A stretch of DNA of 64,000 nucleotides from Stylophora pistillata (lineage: Eukaryota), in the NCBI RefSeq assembly GCF_002571385.2, contig NW_019218142.1, positions 102,209 through 166,208 on the forward strand, written 5' to 3'. Of this stretch, positions 21,883-34,700 are shown one piece after another. A program made the position numbers and the translations under genes. Position 1 is the stretch's first letter. Every line of letters begins with the position of its first letter. Under the pieces are notes generated by a model. That model was not told the origin of the DNA. It made no database searches and saw only the letters and a program-made list of their open reading frames with translations.

Positions 21883-24800
21883 CTATTTGAATTTCTTGAG
21901 GACTTTGTAACATTGCTTGCAAACAGGAACACGATTGTCTGAATAATGTCCAGGAAGCGAACACTGTTTGTCGATGCATCTTTTACAAAAAACTTCTCCA
22001 CAGTTCCAACAATGATACTACGGGGAAAAGATTCAATCATTAGGATTGTAAAAGTCAATTAAACAGAAGATATCAGCAGACTGACGACTCGTGCACCTAA
22101 TACCTCATTCACAGCAAAGCTTAAACACAGTTTAAAGCTGTTTTGTTAAACACGGTTTAACACTGTTTTCCTCAAGAAACCTCTTAAACCGACGTTTGTT
22201 GACTTCAAATGAAGCACATTGAAAATACAATCTAGCGACCACTTGAAACCTGTGGAAAATTCAGTTTTTCAGTTCTCTGTTTCTGCTGTTCATTCAGTTA
22301 AAGCCGTACCAATACACACCGGCAAAGCATGTTTACTTAAACCGAATTCAGGTGAATGAAAATCAGAAACAGACAACTGAAAACCTGAATTTTTCATAGG
22401 GTTCAAATAGTCACTAACTTTTATTTTTTTTTTTTAGTATTGCATCTGATTAGCTGAGAAAATGGTTTGAGTTGTCCAGATCACTCACAGAGCAAAAAAA
22501 CAAACAAACAAACAAAGAAAAAAACAAACAAACAATGCATTGCTTTCGACACTCAACTGGAGTTTCTTTTAAAGCAATGATTACAAGGCAACACCACTTA
22601 CCTTCCGACTAAGAAAATCAATCGGAGCCGAGCAGGTGGAACATTGGTAGACATCTCGAACTGATTTCCACTCCAAAGCAAACGGTGGAGCAGATTGAAG
22701 AAGATCTTTCACCGTTAATCCCTGACGTTTTAAACTTTTCTGCAACTGATCCGATACCAGGTCCCCGGTCCCGCTGTCTTGATTTGCGCTGCTTGCCTGG
22801 CTCGCAGATGAACTAGGCGAGGAAGACGAGTCATTCACGTGACTGTTTAGTAATGAATTGTTCTTCAGTGTTGTCTTGAGGTCCATACTATTCACCGAAT
22901 TCTCAAGCGAAGCTAGGTCATGTGACGAATCCCTTGGCGATTCGCCTTCAGTACGGAGACATTTCATTTCAAGTGAATCCACAAATTGGGCGTTGCTTTC
23001 AGAGTCAGTTGTAGGACTGGACAGTGTTTTCATCATTTCAACCCGCTGTTGAGGCGAAGCCAAACATCTTCATGTACATCAAACTTCACTGCAATAGACT
23101 ACGAACAGTCTCTCGTTTTCGGCGAAGTAGGTCGGATGAGTTAGAAAAATCAGCGAAAAAGAAATAGGAATTGCAGCTAGCGCGCCACGCTGAACTCTGG
23201 GAGTGAGGCGATTGAAAAGTAAGTCTCTCGGACAACCATGATCAATCAGGAGTGTTGACAAGCGTTGAAACGTATCACCGCTTCTTGAGAGATTTCCAGC
23301 CGATAGTCAATCGTATTTGTGCGCGGCGAGCGCCTCACAGGTCAAAGTCTCTAGCTTAGTTTGTACCCTTCTATTGGTGCGCCTCACTCCCAGAGTTTCG
23401 CGCGGTGCACTAACTACAATTTCAAAATTTTTTTTTGGCTGATTTTTCGGAATCGCGCGACGGACTTCACCGAAAAGGAGATGCTACTCGTAGTCTACAC
23501 TGAAGTCGAGCCCACCAATAATCAATAACCTTAACGAAAATAGAAAGTAAATCTCCTCGCGTTTTTTGAAGATTCGCTACATCTTCCTCGAGTATTGTTT
23601 CTTGCACAATTCGAGTGCGAGAGCCACTTTGTTAAATGGTGACAACATCACGAGGGAACAAGGCCCGGGGAGACTCAGAAATAACATGTACCATCCTCCC
23701 TATCCCACAGACAAAAGATGAGTGACATTTCACTTCCACCTAGTTACCAATATGAATGAGTTGGACTTGATGTGTGAAACTCGGCAATAACGTCTACCCT
23801 CCCCTCCCTCCCTGCCTTCCTATCCCACAGACAAAACATGACTGACAATTCACCCACGACTAGTTACCAATTAAACCACCCTCTGGAAAATGCGTGTGAC
23901 CCGATGCCTGATTCGGATCTGTACCTCGATGCTTAAATGTAATAAAAACAGACTCTACTTACAGAGGAGAGAAATTTGATGTGATCTTGTAGTGACTCGT
24001 TATGATCAATGATACTGCTGAGTGCATCCAGAACTGTCTCACGCGGGTGAACGTCGTTCTCAAATCGATTATACATTGATCGCCAAAACCTATCAAAGAT
24101 AAAAAAACAAAATTAATTAAAAGGTAGTGTCACGAAAATTTAGTTTAAGTTGTCACGCATGGTCACGCTTTCTTCAATGCTTCTCTATTTTACCTTTACC
24201 AGATTACAGTTTTGGCCCGCTTGAAAGCTGAAAGCGAAGTAGACAAAGCATGAAAGGGTAAAGTCATGCATATATTGTTCCTCCTGCAAAGCACAGTCAC
24301 GCTATTTTATCGCAAATTTTCTGCGATTCTGACACACTTGAGTGCACGAGGCGAAGTTAAAGGCCATATTAACAAAACATGAAAAAGCCCTTTAGCTCGT
24401 TAGCCCGTTAGCCCTTTCGCTCCGACGAAGGACTAACGCTCTAAACGTCAGCTTTTGTAATCGTTACGGTGGCCAATTTACTATTTGAACTTTGCCGACA
24501 TATCTTAAGGATTATTAAAANNAAAGGTCACGTAAGCTTGGTTCATTCTGTCACGAACACTCAAGCTTCAATTTTACCGTTCTAACTTACTTCAGAGCTT
24601 GAGGCGAGGTAGATGGCCAAAGTAACTCGTTCCTGCCTCCCATATACAATGGATTGGCATAATCACTGATATTTTGCCACATGTAGCCCCATAGTGAATA
24701 CGTCTTCTCGGGCAAACTGCAAAAGAAACACTCAGAGGTCGCTGAAAAATATTGCAAACCCTACGACTTAAGACTACGAAAAGTGGTAGACTTGTGTTGG

Positions 24801-27800
24801 CGTGTTGGTCTTCGGGACCTAGCCCTGGTCTTGGCTAAGCTTTGGAAATATTATCTTTTCTACCATTGCCACGACAGCTTCACAAAAGGAAAATTGTACA
24901 GTGCCTTCTNNNNNNNNNNAGATGATCGTGAATGGTGAGAAGAAATCTTTCGTTAAACTGGAAGGCGAAGGGAAATTGTTCCTGTAACTGCCACACTCCT
25001 TCCAGGAACTGGAGAAACACTGGTGATGTCTCCTTAAGATCTGATTGGAGGAAACCACACCTGAAAGGAGACAGTTGGATGGTACGAATATAGTGCATTC
25101 CGATTGTGTCAGGAAACAAAATTGGAGACATTACAACGGTGAATCAGAAGAACGATAGACAGCGCAAGGAAAAAAAAAAAGAACTCCAAGTAAACACATG
25201 TAAACAGCATAAGTAAGTAACTGACGGAAATCGTTCTTACCTCTCAGTGAACTTGTGTCCAAATGCAAGCCACTCTTTCTCAATCAACACCTATGTTTGT
25301 CAGAAACAATAGCCAATAAACACATTTTAGTGTAGCTTTAGAGTTGTAGGAGAGTGCCACTTCTTTTAATAGTTAATCACGAAGAGTGTCAGGGGTGTAA
25401 TCAGAAATAAAGGGTGATGCAATTTGATGAAAATCAAACCAAAAGAATTGGAAGCAAAATAATAATGATGCTATCTACGACTCTCTGTCACATGTGATCT
25501 AGAGTAGACCACATTGTTGAAGTGGAGGTTCCTAAAAACCTACATTGTGATTGGTTGGTTCCTCTGATATAGTTTGCGAAGGATGATAAGCATAGGAGTC
25601 ACAGGTGGATATGGATGAACACCAATTTCTTTAAAGACAAAACTACTCAGATTTTTGATTTTCACAAACTTGAAATCTCTTGTAAAGAAACAGTTACAAG
25701 TTACAGTCACTCCAACTCCAACTCCAACTAAAACTCCACTGTTGGTGAAAATCAGGTTGTTTCTCTTTGCATCAAGATCACCATCCCTGGATAGTTCCTT
25801 ACAGCAAAATGTTTAACCCTTAAACTTGTAAGATCTGATGGTGAATTCTCCCCTCTAGCTGCTACATATTTCCTTGTAAATAAGTTATGAGAAGTTAGTG
25901 TTACATCAAGATAACATCTTCTACCTGTGATCAGTTTGAGTATTCTCAGTACCTTTTTTCTAGATAATGCATTCATGTTATAGGGAGAAGTTATATGTTG
26001 ATCACTTTTGCGTTCAAAGGTTAATCATGTACCTGAAATCCATGCATTGTCCTGTAGTAAGGATCCAACATCATACTTGCTAAAGACCATGTTTGGGCAG
26101 TCCTGTCCCAACCATCACTGCATTGGACAACAACACTGACCTTCTCCTCTACAACAGCCTGAAATTAAACACTTTTTTCAGTAAATGTAATTTATGACGT
26201 TTGACTGACATAGGAATGAATTAGTCACAAATTAATATTCTGACAGCAGGTTGAAGAGGTTCGCGTGGCATCACGGTAGTTTTGGATTATGTAAGCGTTT
26301 CGCGGGAAATTAAGTCATTCCAGGTCAGTCAGTCTTAAGTTTGACCACTTTCTTTTTTCTTACTTAATGTAATTTTGTTTTACAACTCTCTGTAAAATAT
26401 CACTGCTTTCATTGAATTTTCTGTGCGATTAGTAGTGTATTTAGGTTTATTTTAATTAACCTTTCCTCGGGGTACAGTGCCGCTGCATTAGATGAGGAAT
26501 ACGTTTACACATATTTTTTTGGCCACTTCTAAAGAGTGGTTTTTTTTAGTGGTTTTTCATATCTGGCGTAGCACAGGCTATTTCGTATAGCCCTTTAGTT
26601 TCAGTAAATACTTCCAGTACATTGTAGATTCTAGTAGTAGGATGCGTATAGTACAAGGGTGGCTGACTCAGCCTAAATAAACTTTCACATTGAATATCTC
26701 GTCTGAATATAGTCAGAATCCTGGACAGGAGTTGTACAACAAAAAGGCACAGAACAATTATTATACCTTTGCTATAAACACTGAAGTGTCCAACACAGCT
26801 TTGATGTGTTTCATCCATCCACTGCTGTCCAGTCCACTTGCTAAAGCTTTGGCTGTTAATTCAGGCGTCTCACAGACCACTAGAGATTAGAAATTGTCAA
26901 TGGACATCAACATCAGTGCCAAATTTATTCCAAATGCTACGGGTATCTGTGATTTCTGTCATAAAATGACCATCTATGTGAACTATGTCTACAAGTCCTT
27001 GAGTTCCCATACAAAGTCCAGCCTTCTGCACGAATTGTGCTTTTTATCTGGGTTTTTCTATTCCTTTGTTGAAAAGCCTTTTTTCAGATAATTTCCTCTT
27101 TTTTCTTATGGCATCCAGGCATCAAATTGTTGACAAAAAGAACTATACTGAATTTTCTTTTTAAGATTTCAGATCTGAGGTCAAATTTCACACTAAACCT
27201 GGGTTATCTTAACCCAGCTTTGAACAATCTAGGCCAGCTCCCTCGTGGCCCCTCCAACCCTCACAGGCTATCTACTAACTGACCAAAAATGATTTGAAGC
27301 TCTAGAAGGCTTATCACTTACACTCTATCATTTTCTGCAGACTTTGTCTCATAACGTGGATATTTTCAATTCCAACAAATTGAAACTTGACATTCTCATA
27401 AAAATCAGTACTTTCGTATCCTTTCCCAGCTGCTTTATTTGCCATCGCATTGATCTGCAATGACAGTAACCCCACAACATGAATAAATTATTATTTCAGG
27501 GGTTTCATTAAGGGCCGCGCACCAAGAAAATTGACCGGTCGTGAGGACGGTTTTGCCCACATGGTTCGACTATCTGCAGAAAAATTTTATATTATAAAGA
27601 AGTTCAGTTCAAAAAGTTTTGCCCATCCGTGAAGACCGGTTGCCCTCCTGTTGAAAACGTTGCTGAAACCCCTGTCATTTGTACAAAATTGTTTTTGATG
27701 GCAATGGTGGTGTGTTAATCTTCATTCACAGGTGTGTTTGTGAGATTAGACCAGCATTGATAATGATGATTATTTATATTCTCCATATGAATATGCTCTA

Positions 27801-30800
27801 ATGTGTTTTATGGCACTTCACCAGGGACTTTGGCCAGATTGCAATTGCATTGAGCAGTTTACAATTTTTTTTTTTTGAAAGGGAATTTTAAAACAATGAT
27901 CCTGTACACTCCTGTAATCATTAGGATTCAAACAATTACTAAGAAGTTTATTCCATATGATTGCTAAGCTTTTCCTTAGTGACCCTGCAAAATATAGGGA
28001 AACAAGGACTTAAGAAAAGTTGTCATACCTTTGGTCTTGTGTCAACTATGTACACATATTTGGCATCAGGCGTGGCCTTTGAGATGGCTTGAATGAGACT
28101 TTCATCCTCCTGGCATCTGGAGTTAAACCCTGATAGAGGCTGACTACAGCGACAAATTGCTGCCTGAACGTAAAAAGAGTAAAATTTTGATCCATAGACA
28201 ATACATATGAATTAATTCACGCCTGGAATATTTGACATTTTCTGCTGAAAATGAAATCTTTTACAAAGAGCTTAAAAGACCTTCTTGCCGCAAAGGCTGA
28301 GAACATATATCAGTCTAACCTTTATTAAATAATTTTTACATCATATTTTACCTTTGTATCCTTGTAGAGGTAAGATAAAGCTGGAAGTCTGCCTCGACTG
28401 CGGAACCTTGAGCTACCAATAAGAACAGGGTTGGAGGCAGAGGCAGGCAGATAAAGAACACTTGGATATGTATCACAGACCTGTATTAACAAAAGAATAG
28501 GCCATTTTACAGTAAGTCGTGTACTTAGTTGCTAAGCCTTTGATTCAGAGTGAGGCTGAAGGTGACCTTGTTGTGATAGAGACCTGTATCTACTTAGCAT
28601 GATAACAAAGTGATTTACATTTGAAAGGCAGCAAGGTTTNNNNNNNNNNNNNNNNNNNNNNNNNNNNNNNNNNNNNNNNNNNNNNNNNNNNNNNNNNNNN
28701 NNNNNNNNNNNNNNNNNNNNNNNNNNNNNNCTCAGTTCATGTTTTACTGTCACCAGAGTCTAAAAGCAAATTGCAGCTTCCCAGCCCACTAAGGAATAAA
28801 AGATAGCTCTAAACCCTTTTAAAAACATTTTTCCAATCTTGAGCAAAGAACTATTTTGCCATGTTACACTATTGCTGTCATTCCCTGTTATATCAGGAAT
28901 TAATTGGAGGCAAAGTGGCAGAGTGGTTAGGGTGCTGGTCTTGTAATCAGGTGGTTTGGGTCCAAGCTCTCCTCCCTGTTAACCACTGAATTTGATCGTA
29001 GTTGTCCTGAGTTCAAATTCTTGGCCGTGGTTTGTATATACCCAACTGGTCTGCTTCTCGCCAGTTGGGAGTTTAGAACACTGTTTATTCACAGTGTTCC
29101 ATTATGTTTACACTGGCCTTGAAAGCCGTCTTGGGGAGTGGTCAGTTAAGTATACATATATACATAAACACACACTTATACAGTCACCATGACATATCAA
29201 AGACTGTTCAGGCATACTGTTCAATCCATATTCTCGCATTTGATTTTGAGAGGAATACATCACTTTGAGCAAATCTATAGGGTACGTAGATTTGACCGAT
29301 TTTCGTGAAATTTTGCCACAACATTCTTGGAATGATGACGAACAAAAGCATGTCAGGAAATTTGATATTTGAAATACTTTTTACGTGGTGTCCACTTACG
29401 CAACACGCTTCGCATATTTTTCGCTACTCTAACTTTAGATGTGAATATCTAGACAACCAATCAGAATATCGGAAAAGCCAGACACACTTTTGTTGATTGA
29501 TGCCTTGTGAATGAGATTGTGCAGCCATTTTTCTCGTGCCGCGGGATCCGATACCGGATAAATTTAATAGAAAGACCCTCGGTCATTTCACACCTTATTG
29601 GCTCCTGACACTTCCTAAATGAAAAAATCTCCTAGATTATATTTTCATCATAAACTGCATTTATTACACTTTGCTTTGATGTATAGTTTGTTAGGGTTTT
29701 CTTCAAACTAGCATGCGTATGAATTTTTTCCCGAAGGACACCCACAAAAGTAGGAAGTAACCTTAAAGAGCAATTTTAATTTTTAAGTAAATTTATCCAC
29801 TATTGAATGTTTTTGCTTCCCTCCACCCTGCCCCCAGTTGCATACCACATATAAAATATGCCACTTTCTGAACCAATACCATTTTAAACAAAACCCATTT
29901 CAAACTAAGTCACCAAGAATTTCCACCAACTCAAGTTGTTCAAAGATCTCCACTTCAAGATCTGATTGGCTTCTTTTAGTATATTCCTTCCTTTATATTT
30001 GCCCTTTCTTGATCTACTTACTGTGAGTTTACTTTGGCAACTCTCGCACAAAAACATCTGTATTGTGTTGAATTATTTGGCAAACTTTACCTGGTTTGGA
30101 AAGTTGTAACAATGATGTGTAAATTTCTTGGCTATCTCTATCTCTTGAAATTACAAATGTCACAATCAAGAAAGTCTTGCAGCGAATTTTCAAAGGTGAT
30201 CCTGCTGCCGTGAGGGGGAGCTTCTCCACTGATGCAATGTGGGAATGTAGGATCTATAGAAATACAACACAATTGAGAATATGTGTACATAATCACAAAT
30301 AAATGAAGTAAATTATATTTTAATACTGATGATGTACAAGTAAAGAACTACCACTATCTGCTATGGAGTCACCTAGACAACCAATATAAACAAGAACATG
30401 AAGTTACAGACATTCATACTATTCTTAGGGCAGGCAATTGAAAAAGGAAGGTTACTTAACAGCTTTCTTTTGCTTAGTAGGCTCATCAATACTTAATATA
30501 TAGATGTGGAAATGGCATATGATTGACTGTTTTAACAGTTTTGTTTTTTTTTTTAAAGTAAGTTGTGAGCAGGGAGGAGGGGCTTGCAAAAAAGTGAATT
30601 TTTACAGTCCCTTCTCCAATGTGCCAAGCACAGGGTCACATAACTTACCCATGGGTCACATAACTTACCCATGTTTCTTTGGAGCAGTCAGGATCAACAA
30701 ATAACAGATGAGTAGTTGTCAGGTATAAATTACCCACCGCAGCCTTCTTTTTCCCATTCTTTGTCATTAAGCGGACATTTTCAATCTACATATCAAGAAA

Positions 30801-31510
30801 ACAGTAACAAATAAGAAAAACAGGTTTGGAATCACTTATTGCTGCTTTCATAATATAACAACAAGGCAATCTAATGTTTTTGCCTTTGTTTTTCTTATGA
30901 ATTATCTAAGAACTGTATGCATGAAGCCGTGCTGTGTACAAATCTTACCAAAAACTCTTATGTTTAATTACGTAATCGTCCACTGTTATCTCCTTTTAAT
31001 TTTTGTTCAAAATAATAACAATTAATAATTGTTCCTGCTGGAAAGATGTTATAGGAGATCGATGTCTACATGTAAGGAAACCTTACTTTTGATTTAGTAC
31101 GAAGTACACCCAGGAGTCAAAATAGAGGTACATTGAAGTGTTAACGGTTAAAAAAAAAGCAACTTAAACTTCACCAGAATGTTATCTAATATCAGTGTCA
31201 GGATAATATGCAGACAAAATTAAGACTTATTCTGATATGCATCAAGTTGCGTGAGTAGCAACAAATGACAAAATTAACGAGAACTCGTCAGTCTCCAGCT
31301 TCCTACCAACCAATCTCTCTATCTCGAATCAAGACAAAAATATTTCTCTGGTATTTTCCCAAACTATAAGTTTGAAACACAATTTCCTTCGGATGAATAA
31401 AATGGGAAAAATGCTGCACGAATACCGGTCATATGATCGATGCCGAAATTGGATCTTTTTCTGAGTAGTGATGTCACATAATTTACCTTTGGAGTCTTTA
31501 TCAGATCCAT
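21883..31510 (-). CDS. MTMR6: Myotubularin-related phosphoinositide 3-phosphatase of the MTMR6/7/8 clade with a C-terminal FYVE domain
   Basis: Exons 31510-31487 (MDLIKTPK), 30785-30669, 30253-30091, [one exon not found], 28480-28352 ([13 protein letters not shown]), 28163-28029 (CRCSQPL..VDTRPK), 27454-27322 ([21 protein letters not shown]), 26879-26767, 26158-26033 (CSDGWDRT), 25290-25241 ([12 protein letters not shown]), 25060 to gap at 24919, 24716-24591, 24089-23963, 23045-22602, 22017-21883 (FYVE). Likely co-ortholog of vertebrate MTMR6/7/8. Confidence 0.93.
22232..22416. repeat. Imperfect ~65-bp inverted repeat (MITE-like) in the last MTMR intron
   Basis: tagcgaccacttgaaacctgtggaaaattcagtttttcagtt.. 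pairs with ..aactgaaaacctgaatttttcatagggttcaaatagtcacta. Confidence 0.55.
23095..23497. mobile_element. MITE with TAGACTACGA terminal inverted repeats
   Basis: Termini tagactacga..tcgtagtcta. Subterminal inverted repeat ctctgggagtgaggcg / cgcctcactcccagag. Flanks cactgcaa / cactgaag form an imperfect 8-bp TSD. Confidence 0.7.
24405..24503 (+). mobile_element. Penelope-like terminal fragment with a degenerate minimal hammerhead
   Basis: gctccgacgaaggactaacgctctaaacgtcagcttttgtaatcgttacggtggccaattta; same family as 36119-36350. Confidence 0.55.
28907..29160 (+). mobile_element. tRNA-derived SINE
   Basis: A-box-like tggcagagtggttagggtgctgg head, a caactggtctgcttctcgccagttggg hairpin body and a simple-repeat tail. 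Confidence 0.55.
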
Positions 31511-31707
31511 CCTCGATACGAATAATTCCTCCTTTGAACGTACTCCTCGGATCTTTTAGCAAAAGAATATTTCTTCCTAAACTTCCAGTCGATTTATTAA
31601 ACCTCCGCCGGCCGCCATATTGAAAAGTACAGCCGCAGTCCCGTGATGCACTAAATGAATTTTATAACAAGGGTTTTGATTCGCTGATGTGCCTCAGGGA
31701 AACCATA
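31511..31707. promoter_or_regulatory. Bidirectional promoter between the MTMR6-like gene and NUP58
   Basis: The divergent ATGs (31510 and 31708) are 197 bp apart. YY1-like ATGGCGGC motifs occur on both strands (31611-31621 and 31706-31715). Confidence 0.7.
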
Positions 31708-34700
31708 ATGGCGGCAGCGACAACTGGAGGTCTTTTTGGCAGCGGTTCGAAAAGTTTCTCTTTCGGAAGCGCTAGCAGCACTACTGGAACACCAAGTTTT
31801 GGTGCTAGTACTTCGACCGGTACTTCGGTAGGAGGAACCGGATTTTCTGCCATTAAACCCTTCGGAGCTTCTACCACTACGACCTTGGGCACGCCGTTTG
31901 GTTCATCAGCGGCCTCTTCTGTCGGGGCCACTTCAGGATTCAAATTTGGTGCCTCAGGCCCCACTACACCTGCAACCATTTCTTTATTTAGCGCAGCGAA
32001 AACCACGGCAACAGCTCCCACTTTGGGAGCATTTGGACAAACCAGCCAATTAGGACAAAGTAGTGGTTTTACCATAGGGGCAACACCAGCATCTGGTGCA
32101 ACATCTGGCCTCAATCTAGGAAGTAGTTTGTTCAAAGGAAATACTGCAACCACAACCACAACAACATTGCTTGGGAGTTCTTCAACTGGTGTTGGGTTGG
32201 GACTAAGTACTAGCACGGGTATTGGCACATTTACAGGTTTCAATGCAGTAAAAACTATGGCATCCACAAGTACCTCAGCCTCTACCACTCTTACTGGCCT
32301 GGGTGGGACTGGTACTAGTACGAGTGGTGGAGTCACGGGCACAGCTGGCAACGTCACAGGGAGGGAGGGGTAAGATATCAATATCTAAATTTAACAAAGT
32401 TCTAGATCTAATTTTTCCCAGCACATGTATACAGAACATGTGACATTGCTTGAGGGATTGTCTTTTTTGGAAAATAGACCTTACTGTAATGATTTGATTC
32501 AGTGCCCAGGGGACTGATGGTCATTTGTGACTGTCTGTCACAAATTACACAAAATCCCTGTAAGGTTTGATTCTTTTACTTATGGTAATTAAGTTGAATA
32601 TACTCAATTTTGAAAGAAAGCAATATCTCAGCTACTGATCTGTGATGGGACTTTTCAATGATAAAATCAAACGATATGGTTTTAACTTTTCTTTCAGTGA
32701 CGTAAAAGATACACCTTTGCCTAATCCTTTGAATGAAATTGCAGAGCACATCAAGTAAGTTTTAGGGGCAATTTATTGAATGATGTGATGTCATTGTCTT
32801 GATAAGTTAATGAAGTCTCAAACATAGTTACAGGGTTGATGGTATTAACATCAACAATACAACGATATTGAAAGAATGGCTAAGTTTAGAGTTTGGTTTT
32901 TCATCTTGTAAAAGCCTAGCTCAATTCTTGAAGCTTGAAGTTCCCCGGTGAAGTATTAGTATGTTACTCTATCTGTATGAGATGCTAATGTATTCAAGAT
33001 AGCCCTCAGCAGTCTTGCAGGGTTTCCTTAATACCAAATCTCTCTCTATGATGCCCACACATTATCCAGAAAACAAGGAGTGTATGTACTCAAACTTATC
33101 AGGTAGTAGTTGTTATCTTAACTGCCTCCTGGTTAGCTCAATTGGTAGAGCGCCGGACTGTTGTGGNNNNNNNNNNNNNNNNNNNNNNNCATCTGAAATG
33201 CATACCTCTGCGGCTTTGAAGATTCTGAGTAGTTTGGCTCTTGGAGGGATGACTGTTTCATTCCTCTAAATTGCTGTTGTTTTGTCATAGAAAATATGTC
33301 AAAGAACAAAAAGAATACAAAGATGAGATTTCCAGAGCATCAGGAAGTTTATTAGATAAAGTAAGAGAAGAAACCATTGCCCTTAGACAGGCTTTAGCCC
33401 TGGTATCTAACAGTATTCAGCGAGATGGATGTTCTGTGGAAAACCTCAAAATTGATGTATCCCAGGTAAGTTTCTCTGCTTTTAAGTGGAAGAGGACTTT
33501 TTCTATGCTTGCAGAGCCTTATCTAAACACTTGGGGTCTGCAAGAATTTTTGTTAGTTATTCATCCTAAGAATACTTCCAAGCCCTTTCCCTCTACCTCA
33601 GTGTTTCGAGAAGACTTATTTCCTGCTAACCGCTTCCTGGTTAGCTCAATTGGTTAGAGCGCCTGATTGTGTTGTGTGGGAGGTTGAGGGTTTGAGCCCC
33701 GGCCGGACCAATACTCAGGGTCTTAAAATAAATGAGGAGAATTTGCTACCTTTCTATAATATCGAGAAATGGATAGGTATTCTAGTCTTCTTGGATAAGG
33801 ATGAATAAAACCGTAGGTCCCGTCTCCTGCAGGGTTAGGGGTAGGAGACGTTAATTTCCCAATCACGAGATTACTGTGTGGTGGATGTCCTCCCAGGGTG
33901 GCATGGTGGGTTACTTGCATGCATGTTGTAAAGCGCTTGGGAGCATCTTCCTATGGTCCACGTGCTATATAAAGAATGAATTATTATTATTATAAATTAT
34001 TACTACTACATAAGTAGGGTTCATTACTGTGAGGATTGCTTTCATGCATTTCATTAAACTGCAGTACACATATATGATTTTCGTATAATCAAATTCATTG
34101 AGTTGAGAATTTGTTTCACTAGTTCTTTTTATATAACTGTGAAATAGAAGTTGCACATATCATTAGGTGAATTTGTTTCTGATAGTTTTAACTCCTTGTT
34201 TATGAAAATGAAATTGGAAACATGAAACTTTTTTTTGATCTCCAGGAGCTGAAGAATGCTGAAATTGCACAAAGAACCAATGATATTCCTCAACCCTTAC
34301 AACACGAGAATGTGGCACCTCAGGAGTATTTTCAGCGCTTGGTGGAGTCATTTGAAGAAAGGATGTTGATGTACAGGAAACAAATTGAGATTATGGAGAG
34401 CCATCTTGCTTCCATGTCCCAAGGGCAAACATTGACCCCACAAGGTGTGTGTTGAGCATGTCTACAGAGGATCTCAGAGCTCCAAGCTCAACCTCTTTTA
34501 AATCACAAAATGCTCATCGGGAATTTTATATATCTGAAAAATTTTTCTTGGGGGTTTACACAACATCTCACTGCATAATAATTGAGTAGCTTGAGGCAAT
34601 ATTTTTACAACTTGCAGAAACACAGCATCGTATATAGTGTTGTATGCAGATAGTTGGGACACTTCTGCTGATGATCTTAAACACAAAGTTTTAAAAATTT

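Noticed and set aside
31662-32381. 239-aa minus-strand ORF (and likewise 36458-36721)
   Set aside because: Antisense shadows of the Gly/Thr/Ser-rich NUP58 exons, with no independent homology or splice support.
33124-33710. tRNA-like sequences (also ~28910, ~60976, ~61880-61950, ~62505)
   Set aside because: They have A/B boxes but no complete cloverleaf and continue into SINE bodies. They are SINE heads, not tRNA genes.
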